Assembly: GCA_039586795.1 (NCBI GenBank)
Contig: JBDHJS010000004.1
Span: 32,001-96,000, forward strand
Source: Gemmatimonadota bacterium
GTDB lineage: Bacteria > Gemmatimonadota > Gemmatimonadetes > Palauibacterales > KS3-K002
DNA: 64,000 nt
Direction of reading: 5' to 3'
The notes under the pieces are model-generated. The model was not told the origin of the DNA. It made no database searches and was given only the letters and a program-made list of their open reading frames with translations. The translations under genes and the position numbers were made by a program. Shown here in pieces: positions 37,556 through 47,223 of the stretch; within the stretch, counting starts at the first letter, position 1, and every line of letters starts with the position of its first letter.

Positions 37556-38061
37556 GCGTTCTGGAAATCCGGCTCTTGGGCGATCCTGTTCTTCGTCAGG
37601 AAGCCGAGAGAGTTGAGGAGTTTGACGACGAACTGCGGCGGCTCGCAGAGGACATGATGCAGACGATGTACGAGGGGGAGGGGGTCGGACTTGCGGCGCC
37701 GCAAGTTGGGATTCTAAAACGCATGTTCGTTATGGACGTTCGCGATGAAGAATCGGAACCGCGCGCGATCGTCAACCCTGTCGTGGTCGAGGAAGAAGGC
37801 CGAGAGCGTGATGAGGAAGGTTGCCTCAGCCTGCCCGGGCTCACGGGAATGGTCGAGAGACCGGAGCGGATCACGATGGAGGGCCAGGACCTGGATGGTG
37901 GTCATATCCGGATCGAAGCTTCCGGTCTAGAGGCCCGCTGCATCCAGCATGAGATAGACCACCTGAATGGTGTGCTGATCATTGACCGTGTCTCTCCAAT
38001 CAAGCGCAGAATGCTGCTCAGCAGGTGGAAGAAGCTGCAAAAGGAGGCCGCGACCAGGTGA
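37552..38061 (+). CDS. def: Peptide deformylase, probable ATA start
   Basis: GVGLAAPQVG, EGCLS and QHEIDHLNG motifs. The frame extends upstream to ATA GGC GTT CTG GAA ATC CGG CTC (xGVLEIRLLGDPVLR) behind GGAGGAGG. Confidence 0.93.
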   Translation: MGVLEIRLLGDPVLRQEAERVEEFDDELRRLAEDMMQTMYEGEGVGLAAPQVGILKRMFVMDVRDEESEPRAIVNPVVVEEEGRERDEEGCLSLPGLTGMVERPERITMEGQDLDGGHIRIEASGLEARCIQHEIDHLNGVLIIDRVSPIKRRMLLSRWKKLQKEAATR

Positions 38062-38990
38062 GAATCGCCTTCTGGGGCACGCCCCAGTTTGCGCGTACGG
38101 TACTTGGCGCACTCTTCGACGCGGGCCGTGATGTCGTCTGCGTGATAACTCAACCCGACCGACCCAAGGGTCGGGGCCGCAAGCTGCAGCCGCCGCCCGT
38201 CAAGTTGCTAGCCGAAGAACACGGTGTCCCTGTACTTCAGCCGGAGAAGCCGCGCGGCGATGAGTTCGTAGACGCGCTGACCGTGCTTGCTCCGGATATA
38301 ACCGTCGTTGCGGCATACGGTCACATCTTGAAGACCGAGGTGCTGGAGTTGCCGAGGCTCGGCTCCATCAATGTGCACGCATCGTTGCTGCCGGAGCTTC
38401 GCGGGGCGGCGCCCATCAACTGGGCGATCATTCGGGGCTACGAAGAGACTGGCGTCACGATCATGAGGATGGTCGAGGCGATGGATGCCGGTCCGATGCT
38501 GCTCAAGGCTGCAATTAAGATCGCGCCCGACGCGTCCGCGGGAACGCTGACGGAGCGTTTGGCCGAGCTCGGCGGGACCACGCTGCTTGAAGCGCTGTCG
38601 TTCATAGAGTCGGGTCGGGTGCAAGAACAGCCACAGGACGATACGAAGGCGACATTTGCGCCGAAGCTCGGACCCGACGAAGCGCGAATCGACTGGACGC
38701 TGCCAGCGGTAGAGATCGAGCGCTGGATTCGAGGCTGCGACCCGGCGCCTGCGGCCTGGTCGCAGCTAGGCGATCTCCGCGTGCGGCTCTTCAGACCGCA
38801 GATCGCCGACGGTGATCGCGTGGGCGAGCCCGGCAGCGTAGTACGAGCCGACGCAAAATCAGGTCTGCACGTTGCTACAGGATCCGGTCTACTCCACATC
38901 GGAGAGGTACAACCGTCGGGCAAACGCCGAATGGACTCGGCGGATTGGATACGCGGAAGGGGAATAGCCGAAGGGCAAAGGTTCAGTTGA
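38058..38990 (+). CDS. fmt: Methionyl-tRNA formyltransferase
   Basis: GTPQFA, TQPDRPKGRG, NVHASLLP..RGAAPI and MDAG motifs; GTGA overlap with def. Confidence 0.96.
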   Translation: MRIAFWGTPQFARTVLGALFDAGRDVVCVITQPDRPKGRGRKLQPPPVKLLAEEHGVPVLQPEKPRGDEFVDALTVLAPDITVVAAYGHILKTEVLELPRLGSINVHASLLPELRGAAPINWAIIRGYEETGVTIMRMVEAMDAGPMLLKAAIKIAPDASAGTLTERLAELGGTTLLEALSFIESGRVQEQPQDDTKATFAPKLGPDEARIDWTLPAVEIERWIRGCDPAPAAWSQLGDLRVRLFRPQIADGDRVGEPGSVVRADAKSGLHVATGSGLLHIGEVQPSGKRRMDSADWIRGRGIAEGQRFS

Positions 38991-39643
38991 GACGCGCGCT
39001 GCCAAGGTTGTACCTGGTGACGACAAGAGACATCGTTGGCGATCCCGAATTCGCTGCGAGAGCGGAGGCGGTGCTGGCTGCCGGTGACAGCCGTTGCGCG
39101 CTGCAGGTCAGGGGTCACGGACTGGATGGCGGCCGTTTGTGGGAGACGGCGAGTCGGCTGGCGGTCGCGGCGCGGCGAGTCGGCGCCGAGATCTGGATCA
39201 ACGACCGGATCGATGTAGCGTTAGGGATTCGGGCCGACGGCGTGCAGTTGGGTAAGGCCAGTCTCCCCACCCGCGAAGCTCGTCGGCTACTGGGCGGTAG
39301 CGTGTGGATTGGTCGTTCTGTCCACGCGGCTGAGGAGGCTACAGCGGCGCGGAGCGAGGGAGCGGATATGGCGCTTCTCGGTCATGTCTACGAGACGGCG
39401 ACCCACCCGCAGGCCAAGCCCCTTGGCCCGGGTATCCTGCGGCAGGCCGCGGCGGCCCGACCAATCGTCGCCATCGGGGGTATAACACCTGATCGTGTAG
39501 AAGAAGTGATGGAAGCCGGCGCCTGGGGTGTAGCCGTGGTGAGCGGCGTTTGGGATGCAACGGATCCCGCCGCTGCGGCGCGAAGCTATCTCGAGGCGCT
39601 CGAGCGATTCTCGAATTTTGGAGCGGCAGAAGCGGTTCGATGA
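38987..39643 (+). CDS. thiE: Thiamine phosphate synthase family (ThiE, or TenI-like)
   Basis: LYLVT, INDRIDVA, IGRSVH, TATHP, VAIGGIT and GVAVVS motifs; next to thiS and thiG. Confidence 0.72.
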   Translation: MRRALPRLYLVTTRDIVGDPEFAARAEAVLAAGDSRCALQVRGHGLDGGRLWETASRLAVAARRVGAEIWINDRIDVALGIRADGVQLGKASLPTREARRLLGGSVWIGRSVHAAEEATAARSEGADMALLGHVYETATHPQAKPLGPGILRQAAAARPIVAIGGITPDRVEEVMEAGAWGVAVVSGVWDATDPAAAARSYLEALERFSNFGAAEAVR

Positions 39644-39861
39644 GCGGAGACGACGCTAAGATCACTGTTACGATAAACGGAGACGAGCGCGAAGTGCCGG
39701 CCGGTCTGACGGTGCGGGGCTTGCTCGCTCACCTGGAGTTGCAGGAGGGGACGGTCGTCGTGGAATGGAATCGGGAAATCGTGAGGCGGGATCGCTACGA
39801 CGACGTGGACGTCACTGCCGGCGATACGATCGAGCTGGTGCACTTCGTCGGTGGAGGATGA
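39640..39861 (+). CDS. thiS: Sulfur carrier protein ThiS
   Basis: INGD, VVE.NREIV and GDTIELVHFVGGG C-terminus. Confidence 0.95.
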   Translation: MSGDDAKITVTINGDEREVPAGLTVRGLLAHLELQEGTVVVEWNREIVRRDRYDDVDVTAGDTIELVHFVGGG

Positions 39862-39916
39862 CAATGACGATCGTGATCGTCATCTAGGGAGCGATAATCA
39901 ATAAGGCGGTAACGTG

Positions 39917-40720
39917 ATGGCTGCAGAGAGCAAAGACATCGATACCTTTGACGAACCTCTCCGGATTGGTGGGCACGAGATCCGTTCGCGCCTCATCCTG
40001 GGCACGGGGAAATACATCGACAACGAGACGATGGTTGAGGCAATAACCGCGTCCGGGACGGATGTCGTCACCGTCGCCGTGCGTCGCGTGGATCTGGATC
40101 GCACAAAAGAGGAAGGAGTCCTCTATCACCTGGACCCTAAAAAGTGGTTCTTACTTCCGAATACCGCGGGCTGCTACACGGCCGAGGAAGCTGTGCGTTA
40201 TGCGAGGTTGGCGCGCGAAGCGGGATTCAGCGAATGGGTCAAGCTCGAGGTGATCGGTGACCAGGAGACGCTGCTCCCGGACGTAGAAGGGTTGCTGGAG
40301 GCGACCCGAACCCTTGTCAGCGAGGGCTTCAAAGTACTGACCTATACCAACGAAGACTTGATAACAGCGCTCAAGCTGGAGGACGCGGGCGCGGCAGCCG
40401 TGATGCCGCTGGCGTCGCCCATCGGCAGCGGGCTCGGTTTGCTCAACCCGTACCATATTCGACTGATCAAGAGCCGACTCACGGTCCCCATCATCGTCGA
40501 CGCTGGCGTAGGGACGGCGTCGGATGCATGCGAGACGATGGAACAGGGCGTTGACGGAATCTTGATGAACACGGCGATCGCGGCGGCGAAGGATCCGGTT
40601 CGGATGGCGCTGGCGATGAAGGATGCGACACGCGCCGGCCGACTGGCGTATCTCGCTGGCCGGATGCCGAAGCGAGAGCAAGCGGCTCCGTCCAGCCCGA
40701 CAACGGGGATGCTCGACTGA
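39917..40720 (+). CDS. thiG: Thiazole synthase
   Basis: [33 protein letters not shown] and VDAGVG motifs. Confidence 0.97.
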   Translation: MAAESKDIDTFDEPLRIGGHEIRSRLILGTGKYIDNETMVEAITASGTDVVTVAVRRVDLDRTKEEGVLYHLDPKKWFLLPNTAGCYTAEEAVRYARLAREAGFSEWVKLEVIGDQETLLPDVEGLLEATRTLVSEGFKVLTYTNEDLITALKLEDAGAAAVMPLASPIGSGLGLLNPYHIRLIKSRLTVPIIVDAGVGTASDACETMEQGVDGILMNTAIAAAKDPVRMALAMKDATRAGRLAYLAGRMPKREQAAPSSPTTGMLD

Positions 40721-40730
40721 AGGACGGAAG

Positions 40731-42050
40731 CTGACGAGCCAGTCCGGGATTTCTCCCGCGCGGTCGGCGGCTCTCGAGGTGCTTCGCGCGGTGCGCCTCG
40801 GAGCTCTTGTCGATCACGCCTTTGAACGACCTGCTAACTCACTCAGTGAGGCGGATCGTCGGTTGGCGCATGAGCTGGCGTACGGCGTTCTGCGCTTGCG
40901 GGGTAGACTCGACCACGTGATCGGGCAGCTCGTGACGGGCAGGCCGTCGAGGCTCGAGCCCGATGTAGTCGATGCATTGCGGCTCGGCGCCTATCAGCTA
41001 CTCGAATTGGATCGAGTCCCTGCTTACGCCGCCGTCTCCGATGCGGTGGAGGCGGTGAAGCAACGTTCCGGACGCGGCGCCTCGTCGCTTGTGAACGCGG
41101 TACTGCGCAAGCTGTCGGGCACGTCCTACGCGAGATACGACTTCCCGGCTCGGGAGGAAGATCCGCCTGGCTATCTGTCGACGTGGGGGTCGCACCCGCG
41201 CTGGCTTGTCGAGCGCTGGCTTTCCCAGTGGCCGGTCGAAGAGGTGGAGCGGTTGACCGCCTACAACAATGCGCGGCCTTCGGTGTATCTTTCCGTGGTC
41301 GGCAGCAGCGAGGAAGCTCTGAAACGCTTGAATGAAGCGGGCGTCGACGTCGAGCCGATGGACCGATACCCGTATTCGCTGCGCCTCGATGCGAGCGATG
41401 TTGGCCGGGCCCTGGACTGGACACCTGCCGTTGTGCAGGACCCGGGTGCCGCAAGCGTTGTCGACTACATGGCACTGGACCCGGGGCTTCCGGTGGTTGA
41501 TCTTTGTGCGGCGCCTGGCGGGAAAGCGGCGCTTCTCGCGGCCCGGGGGCACGAAGTGCAGGCGTTCGACGTTTCTCTAAAGCGGCTGGCCAGGTTGCTC
41601 GATACTCGGGCCCGGCTTGGGCTTCGGGGGTTGCACGTGGTCGTTGCGGATTCGACGCGTCCGCCGATGGCGACGGCACCGGCCGTGTTGTTGGACGCGC
41701 CGTGTTCGGGCAGCGGGACGCTGGGCCGACATCCCGACGGGCGATGGCGGTTGAAGCCAACCGACCTCGAATCGTTCGTCGACCTCCAGCGCCGACTGCT
41801 GGAGGCCGCGGCCCGCATCGTTGTTCCAGGGGGAGTGCTGGTCTATGCCACTTGCTCTCTGGAGCCTGAAGAAAACGAGGAACAAATCGCGACGTTTTTG
41901 TCGCAGAGAGATGATTTCCAACTCGAACCTCCGCTTGATACGGCGATCCCGCCGGAGCTGCTGGGGGACGATGGCGATCTGAGAGTGCTACCTCAGCGCC
42001 ACGAGATGGACGGAGCATATGCCGCAAGACTTCGGCGAAATGCCGAATGA
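40731..42050 (+). CDS. rsmB: 16S rRNA m5C967 methyltransferase RsmB, probable CTG start
   Basis: NusB-like N-domain (LAYGVLR, LRLGAYQL, VNAVLR); DLCAAPGGK, DAPCSG.G and YATCS motifs. Confidence 0.9.
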   Translation: MTSQSGISPARSAALEVLRAVRLGALVDHAFERPANSLSEADRRLAHELAYGVLRLRGRLDHVIGQLVTGRPSRLEPDVVDALRLGAYQLLELDRVPAYAAVSDAVEAVKQRSGRGASSLVNAVLRKLSGTSYARYDFPAREEDPPGYLSTWGSHPRWLVERWLSQWPVEEVERLTAYNNARPSVYLSVVGSSEEALKRLNEAGVDVEPMDRYPYSLRLDASDVGRALDWTPAVVQDPGAASVVDYMALDPGLPVVDLCAAPGGKAALLAARGHEVQAFDVSLKRLARLLDTRARLGLRGLHVVVADSTRPPMATAPAVLLDAPCSGSGTLGRHPDGRWRLKPTDLESFVDLQRRLLEAAARIVVPGGVLVYATCSLEPEENEEQIATFLSQRDDFQLEPPLDTAIPPELLGDDGDLRVLPQRHEMDGAYAARLRRNAE

Positions 42051-42855
42051 GCTAGGGAAGAAGAAGATGCCAAGGGACTGGCGTGCTTGGGTAACCTCGC
42101 CCGGCCGGCTCGCCGGCACCGCAGCGGGAATCGGAGTGCTGGGTTTCTTGCTCGGATACCTGATCACCACGCTCGCCGTCTATCCCTCTCAGAACGTTGC
42201 CAGCGGGCTCGTGCGCGTGCCCAACGTCGTGGGAATGACGGCGGAAGACGCACAAACGGCTGTAGGTGAATCGGACCTCGAGTACGAGGAAGCGGCCGGG
42301 CTAAACCACAGTGAACCGCCGGGTACCGTTGTGGCTCAGGAGCCGCTCCCGGAGCAGATGGCGCCGCCCAATTCTACCGTGCGGGTGACGCTCAGTATGG
42401 GGGCGAGGGAACGGCCCGTACCCGACGTCGTCGGCTTGAACCGGGACCAGGCGGAGATCGTTCTGACCCGAGCGGGCTACGTCACCGACATCGTTTGGGT
42501 CGACGCAGAGAACGATGTGGAACAAGTGGTAGGAATGCGGCCGGCAGCCGGGACCGCGATCAAGGTTTCGGGAAGTGTCCAGCTGCTGGTAAGCGCCGGG
42601 CCCCGCACTCCAGATGTGCCGGACCTTTCTACGAGCTCTCTTGACGAGGCGCGTGAGGCTCTGGACCGCCTGGGTTTGCGACTCGGCGAAGTGACGGAGC
42701 GGCCGGACTCGCTGGCGGCGCCCGGGACAGTGCTGTCTCAGTCGCCGCAGCCCGGAAGCGTCCTGGATCGCGGGGCGGCGGTATCGGTCGTTGTGGCGGT
42801 CGTGCCGCCGCCAGACACGGTCGGTGTTGTCGAGGACACCGTAGGTATGAGATAA
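42040..42855 (+). CDS. Membrane protein with three PASTA domains, no kinase domain
   Basis: One TM helix, then VPNVVG, VPDVVG and VPDLS repeats with V..Q.P segments. Confidence 0.85.
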   Translation: MPNELGKKKMPRDWRAWVTSPGRLAGTAAGIGVLGFLLGYLITTLAVYPSQNVASGLVRVPNVVGMTAEDAQTAVGESDLEYEEAAGLNHSEPPGTVVAQEPLPEQMAPPNSTVRVTLSMGARERPVPDVVGLNRDQAEIVLTRAGYVTDIVWVDAENDVEQVVGMRPAAGTAIKVSGSVQLLVSAGPRTPDVPDLSTSSLDEAREALDRLGLRLGEVTERPDSLAAPGTVLSQSPQPGSVLDRGAAVSVVVAVVPPPDTVGVVEDTVGMR

Positions 42856-42868
42856 CGTTGGAGTTCAG

Positions 42869-43402
42869 ATGAAGATTTGGAAATTGGCAGTCGGAGTGAT
42901 ATTGGTCGCGGGCATTGTCGGCGCGTTGCTCGTCAGCGGATCGTATGAGGCGGGCTCGTCGGGAATTGAGGTGGCGGAGCGAGTGCCCGAGTATAGCGCG
43001 ATGGATATGGAGGGTAACGAAGTCGCGCTCGCCGACTATGAAGGGCAGGTGGTGTTGCTCAATATCTGGGCGACTTGGTGCGGGCCGTGTCGTATCGAGA
43101 TGCCTTCGATCAATGCGTTGCACGAGCGTTACAAGGACAGGGGCTTCACCGTTGTGGCGGTATCGATTGATGCCGGCCGTGGTTATCGTGAGAAGGTCGA
43201 TGAGTTCGTGAGCGAACACGAGCTTGATTTTCCGATTCTGCTCGATCCTGATGGCCGGATCATGCGGACGATCAGGGCGGTCGGTGTGCCGGAGACGCTG
43301 GTGCTTGATCGTGAAGGAAAGATCGTGAAGCGTGTGGTCGGCGCGACCAACTGGGACTCGCGAGGGAACCGGGCGATGATCGAGCAGCTGTTCAGGATGT
43401 AA
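42869..43402 (+). CDS. TlpA/ResA family thiol-disulfide oxidoreductase
   Basis: LNIWATWCGPCRIEMP and GVPET motifs; N-terminal anchor. Confidence 0.9.
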   Translation: MKIWKLAVGVILVAGIVGALLVSGSYEAGSSGIEVAERVPEYSAMDMEGNEVALADYEGQVVLLNIWATWCGPCRIEMPSINALHERYKDRGFTVVAVSIDAGRGYREKVDEFVSEHELDFPILLDPDGRIMRTIRAVGVPETLVLDREGKIVKRVVGATNWDSRGNRAMIEQLFRM

Positions 43403-43404
43403 CG

Positions 43405-44361
43405 ATGAGCGGATGGCGTGCCAAACTGAAGCGGAACTGGGCCTACATGATCACGGCGACGCTAATCTCCGTGTTCTTGTGGGTTGCGGTCAGCGCTGAC
43501 ACTGTCGAGCAACGCTCGGTCGATACGGACGTCATATTCATCCTCGGCGACCCTGCCTACGTGATGACGGAACAGGAACCGTCCGTGGATCTTGTTTCTG
43601 TCGTATTCACCGGCGGGGCCGGTGATCTGGCAGCTCTCGCGGCATCGCGACCTCAGATCGTAGTCTCCATCGATAGCGTCGAGTCGGATGTTCTCGAGGT
43701 CGAACTGAGTCCTGAGATGGTCAGAGGGCGTGGTGGCCGGAACCTCGTCGACGTTCGAGCTGTCAGCGTCCGACCGAATCAGTTCCGCCTCGCCTTCCAG
43801 CCCCGCATGCGGAGGATCGTGCGGGTCGTGCCTCGAATCGACGACGTGACCGTGGCTAGCGGCTACATGGTCTCGGATTCGGTGCGCGCCGAACCCGGGG
43901 CGGTTGCTGTCGAAGGCCCCGCAGGTTCAGTGGAGGGCATCGACTCGGTCATCACGGTGCCCGTCATTGAGGAGCAGCTACGGGAAACCATCAGCGTCGA
44001 GGTACCGTTGGCGCCTCCTGCAGGTGATGGGCTCATCGAACTCTCATCGATCAGCGTCCGCGTGACGATTCCGGTAGAACAGCGAATCGAGCGCGCGTTT
44101 GCAGGAATCCCTCTTGGTATTCGCGGCGCGACGACGACCGGATTGAGAGTCGAGCCGTCCCTTGTCGACGTCAGGATATCTGGACCGAGGAGCGTCGTTG
44201 AAGCGGTCAGATCAGAAGGGTTGACACCGCGCGTCGAGCTGTCCGGGCCGGAAGATTACGGTGCCACTTTACCAATCACGTTGCCGCTGCCAGGACCATT
44301 CCTAACCGTCACCGTCGTTCCCGACTCGGCACGCGTTGTCCAGGAGGGTAGCGAGCCCTGA
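43405..44361 (+). CDS. YbbR/CdaR-like domain protein
   Basis: N-terminal TM ending LW..V; repeated EP..V.V.GP motifs. Confidence 0.7.
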   Translation: MSGWRAKLKRNWAYMITATLISVFLWVAVSADTVEQRSVDTDVIFILGDPAYVMTEQEPSVDLVSVVFTGGAGDLAALAASRPQIVVSIDSVESDVLEVELSPEMVRGRGGRNLVDVRAVSVRPNQFRLAFQPRMRRIVRVVPRIDDVTVASGYMVSDSVRAEPGAVAVEGPAGSVEGIDSVITVPVIEEQLRETISVEVPLAPPAGDGLIELSSISVRVTIPVEQRIERAFAGIPLGIRGATTTGLRVEPSLVDVRISGPRSVVEAVRSEGLTPRVELSGPEDYGATLPITLPLPGPFLTVTVVPDSARVVQEGSEP

Positions 44362-44393
44362 TCCGCGGTTCTGCGGCTATCGCGAAGTACAAC

Positions 44394-45452
44394 ATGAGCG
44401 AACCCACCATACTCGCCATCGAGACCTCTTGCGACGATACATCTGCCGCGCTCTTGCGTGGTGAAGACGAGCTTCTGGGTCACGTGATCGCCACTCAGGA
44501 CATGCACGGTGAGTTTGGCGGTGTGGTACCGGAGGTGGCATCTCGTGCTCAGCTTCAGGTGATCGATCGAGTTGTGGCCAGGACATTTGAAACGGCCGGC
44601 CTCGGCCCGGGTGATGTGGATGCGTTCGCGGTAACGGTGGGACCGGGTCTCATCGGGTCTCTGCTCGTCGGGCTCAACTGGACGAAGGCCGCTGCGTACG
44701 CGCTCGGCCGACCCGTGATCGGCGTTCACCACATGGAGGCGCACCTCTTTGCTTCCGCCCTGGAGGACGAACGAGCGCGGCCGCCGTTTGTCGCGCTACT
44801 CGTCTCTGGCGGCCACACCCTGCTTCTGCACGTCGAGGATTGGGGGCGCTACCGATTGCTGGGACAGACGAGAGACGATGCTGTGGGCGAAGCGTTCGAC
44901 AAGGTCGCCAGGCTGCTCGGACTCGGCTATCCGGGTGGGCCGGCCATAGAGATCCAGGCCCGGGAGGGCGAGCCCGGGCGACACACTTTTCCGGTGTCGA
45001 TGGTTCGCTCGAATCAGAAGACCGGCGACTCGGACTACTATGATATGTCGTTCTCGGGGCTCAAGACGGCGGTCCTGATGCGGGTGCGGGAGCTGGAGAA
45101 GAACGGAAGTCTGGAGGATGAAGTACCGCACCTCAGCCTGGGGTTTCAGCGGGCCGCGGTCGAGCAGCTTGTTGTTAAGACGATGCGGGCCGTGCGGGCC
45201 ACGGACTGCCAGCGTATTGTGGTTGGTGGAGGAGTAGCGCGAAACCGGGCGCTGGCGGAAAGTCTGCGGACCCAGGTGGAGCCCGAGGGTCTCGTCTTCG
45301 TCCCCTCGCCGCGCTTGGCGACGGACAACGCGGCGATGGTGGCGCGTGCGGCTCGATTCCGGTTCGATCGCGGGGAGCGATCGGGGCTCGATCTGAACGC
45401 GCGGGCGGACCTTCCCATGCCAGGGGTTGTGACCGGTAGCGCGGTCCCGTAA
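44394..45452 (+). CDS. tsaD: tRNA N6-adenosine threonylcarbamoyltransferase
   Basis: IETSCDDT, GGVVPEVASR, HHMEAH, VSGGHT, DDAVGEAFDK, SFSGLKT and TDNAAM motifs. Confidence 0.97.
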   Translation: MSEPTILAIETSCDDTSAALLRGEDELLGHVIATQDMHGEFGGVVPEVASRAQLQVIDRVVARTFETAGLGPGDVDAFAVTVGPGLIGSLLVGLNWTKAAAYALGRPVIGVHHMEAHLFASALEDERARPPFVALLVSGGHTLLLHVEDWGRYRLLGQTRDDAVGEAFDKVARLLGLGYPGGPAIEIQAREGEPGRHTFPVSMVRSNQKTGDSDYYDMSFSGLKTAVLMRVRELEKNGSLEDEVPHLSLGFQRAAVEQLVVKTMRAVRATDCQRIVVGGGVARNRALAESLRTQVEPEGLVFVPSPRLATDNAAMVARAARFRFDRGERSGLDLNARADLPMPGVVTGSAVP

Positions 45453-45464
45453 AAAAGGGAAACC

Positions 45465-46292
45465 ATGTACCCGATACTGTTCGAATTCAACGGCATAGAG
45501 ATAACGAGCTTTGGGCTGATGTTGGGCCTTGCGTTTCTGGCCGCCGGGTTGGTTGCCAGTGTGGAGTTCAAGCGCAAGGGCTACGACAAAGACGTGGCCT
45601 GGACGCTCCTGATGGGAGCCCTGATCGGCGGTATCGTCGGAGCAAAACTCTATTACGCCTTCCTCAACTGGCCGTTTCTAGTACGGGATCCGTTGGGAAC
45701 GATATTCTCGAGGGCTGGACTTGTGTGGTATGGTGGATTGATCGGTGGAAGTTTGGGCGTCACGTATCTGCTGCGCCGCGAGAAGCTCCCGTTCTTCGTT
45801 GTCGCCGATGTTGCTGCCCTTAGCATTCCTGCTGCCTATGCTGTAGGACGATTCGGTTGCTTTCTGGTGGGTGATGACTATGGGCGTCCGACGGACAGCT
45901 GGCTTGGTGTAGCGTTCCCGAACGGGTCTCCGCCGTCGACGGCGGGGAATCTGCGAGAAGGGTTCGGGGTCTCGATACCCGAAGGCGTAGCGGATTGGGA
46001 AGTTCTCACGGTCCATCCGACGCAGCTGTACGAGGTGGCGTTAACGGCGATCATCTTCTTCGTGCTGTGGCGGTTACGACGCCATTCCTATCGCGCCGGA
46101 TGGCTGTTCTTGGTGTGGGTGGCTTTGGCGGGGCTCGAACGATTCGCGGTCGAGTTTCTAAGGGCGAAAGACGATCGGTTCTTTGGTGTTCTTACGCTGG
46201 CTCAGATGATCAGTTTGGCGATGATAGTGGGTGGGATATACGGGGCCTGGGTACTTAGCCGTCCGCAGCGAGCTGCGGAAGGCACGTCCTGA
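45465..46292 (+). CDS. lgt: Prolipoprotein diacylglyceryl transferase
   Basis: GLVWYGG, GRFGCF, HPTQLYE and RF.VEFLR motifs. Confidence 0.92.
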   Translation: MYPILFEFNGIEITSFGLMLGLAFLAAGLVASVEFKRKGYDKDVAWTLLMGALIGGIVGAKLYYAFLNWPFLVRDPLGTIFSRAGLVWYGGLIGGSLGVTYLLRREKLPFFVVADVAALSIPAAYAVGRFGCFLVGDDYGRPTDSWLGVAFPNGSPPSTAGNLREGFGVSIPEGVADWEVLTVHPTQLYEVALTAIIFFVLWRLRRHSYRAGWLFLVWVALAGLERFAVEFLRAKDDRFFGVLTLAQMISLAMIVGGIYGAWVLSRPQRAAEGTS

Positions 46293-46312
46293 GAACCAGG
46301 ACAGGATTAGCC

Positions 46313-47170
46313 GTGCCAACCATCCTGCATCTCTCCGATCTGCACTTCGGCACGCCGTTTCTTCCCGACGTGGCGGAGGCGGTGTTGGAACAGGCGGGCG
46401 AACTGGTTCCCGACGTGGTGGCGGTGAGTGGCGACCTCACACAGCGTGCTCGGGCGGAGCAGTTTCAAGAGGCTGCTGAATACCTCGGGAGATTCGGCGC
46501 GCCAGTGGTCGTCACGCCAGGGAACCACGATGTACCGTTCTATCGAATTTGGGAGCGGTTTCTCTTCCCCTACAGACACTATCGCCGTCACATATCTGAC
46601 GAACTCAACAGCGTGTCCGAGTTCGAAGGTCTCGTGATCGTCACGCTGAATTCGAGTCGCCGGTTCACTCTAACCAACGGTCGCATCCGCCGTTCGCAGC
46701 TAGACTTTGCGGAGCGAGCGTTCGAAAACGCAGATCCATCAGCTGCACGTGTCGTGGTCACCCATCACCATTTGGCGCCGGCGCCCGACTTCATCGGCGG
46801 CACCGTAATGCCTTATGCGCGCCGGGCGATGGAACGTTTCACGCGTCTCAAGGTCGATCTGATTCTTGCTGGCCACATGCACCGCTCATACATCGGTAGC
46901 TCCCTGGACTTCTTTCCGGGCGAACTTCGCCGCCGCGGCATTGTGATCGCTCAGTGCGGGACCACCACTTCACGACGAGGCCGTGGTAGGGAGCGGTTCA
47001 AGAACACCTTCAACGTGATACGGATCGAAGAGAGGACGATCCGGGTAGCACATCATGCATGGTTTGGAGATCTCTCTCGGTTCATGCCGATCAGCGAGCA
47101 CGTTTTCCCGCTTGGCTCGAGAGAGTACTTCGACAAAATGGCGGAGCACGACAGTGCGTTTGCCGGATAG
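46313..47170 (+). CDS. Calcineurin-like metallophosphoesterase (CpdA/Icc-like)
   Basis: HLSDLHFG, SGDLT, PGNHD, HHH and GHMH motifs. Confidence 0.88.
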   Translation: MPTILHLSDLHFGTPFLPDVAEAVLEQAGELVPDVVAVSGDLTQRARAEQFQEAAEYLGRFGAPVVVTPGNHDVPFYRIWERFLFPYRHYRRHISDELNSVSEFEGLVIVTLNSSRRFTLTNGRIRRSQLDFAERAFENADPSAARVVVTHHHLAPAPDFIGGTVMPYARRAMERFTRLKVDLILAGHMHRSYIGSSLDFFPGELRRRGIVIAQCGTTTSRRGRGRERFKNTFNVIRIEERTIRVAHHAWFGDLSRFMPISEHVFPLGSREYFDKMAEHDSAFAG

Positions 47171-47223
47171 ATGGTGACAGCTGAGTTCACCGTTTGTAAG
47201 CCTGTGGGTCGACGCTTGGCAGT

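Noticed and set aside
40843..42027. 394-aa minus-strand ORF
   Set aside because: Fully antisense to rsmB, low-complexity R/P/A composition, no motif; expected in high-GC DNA.
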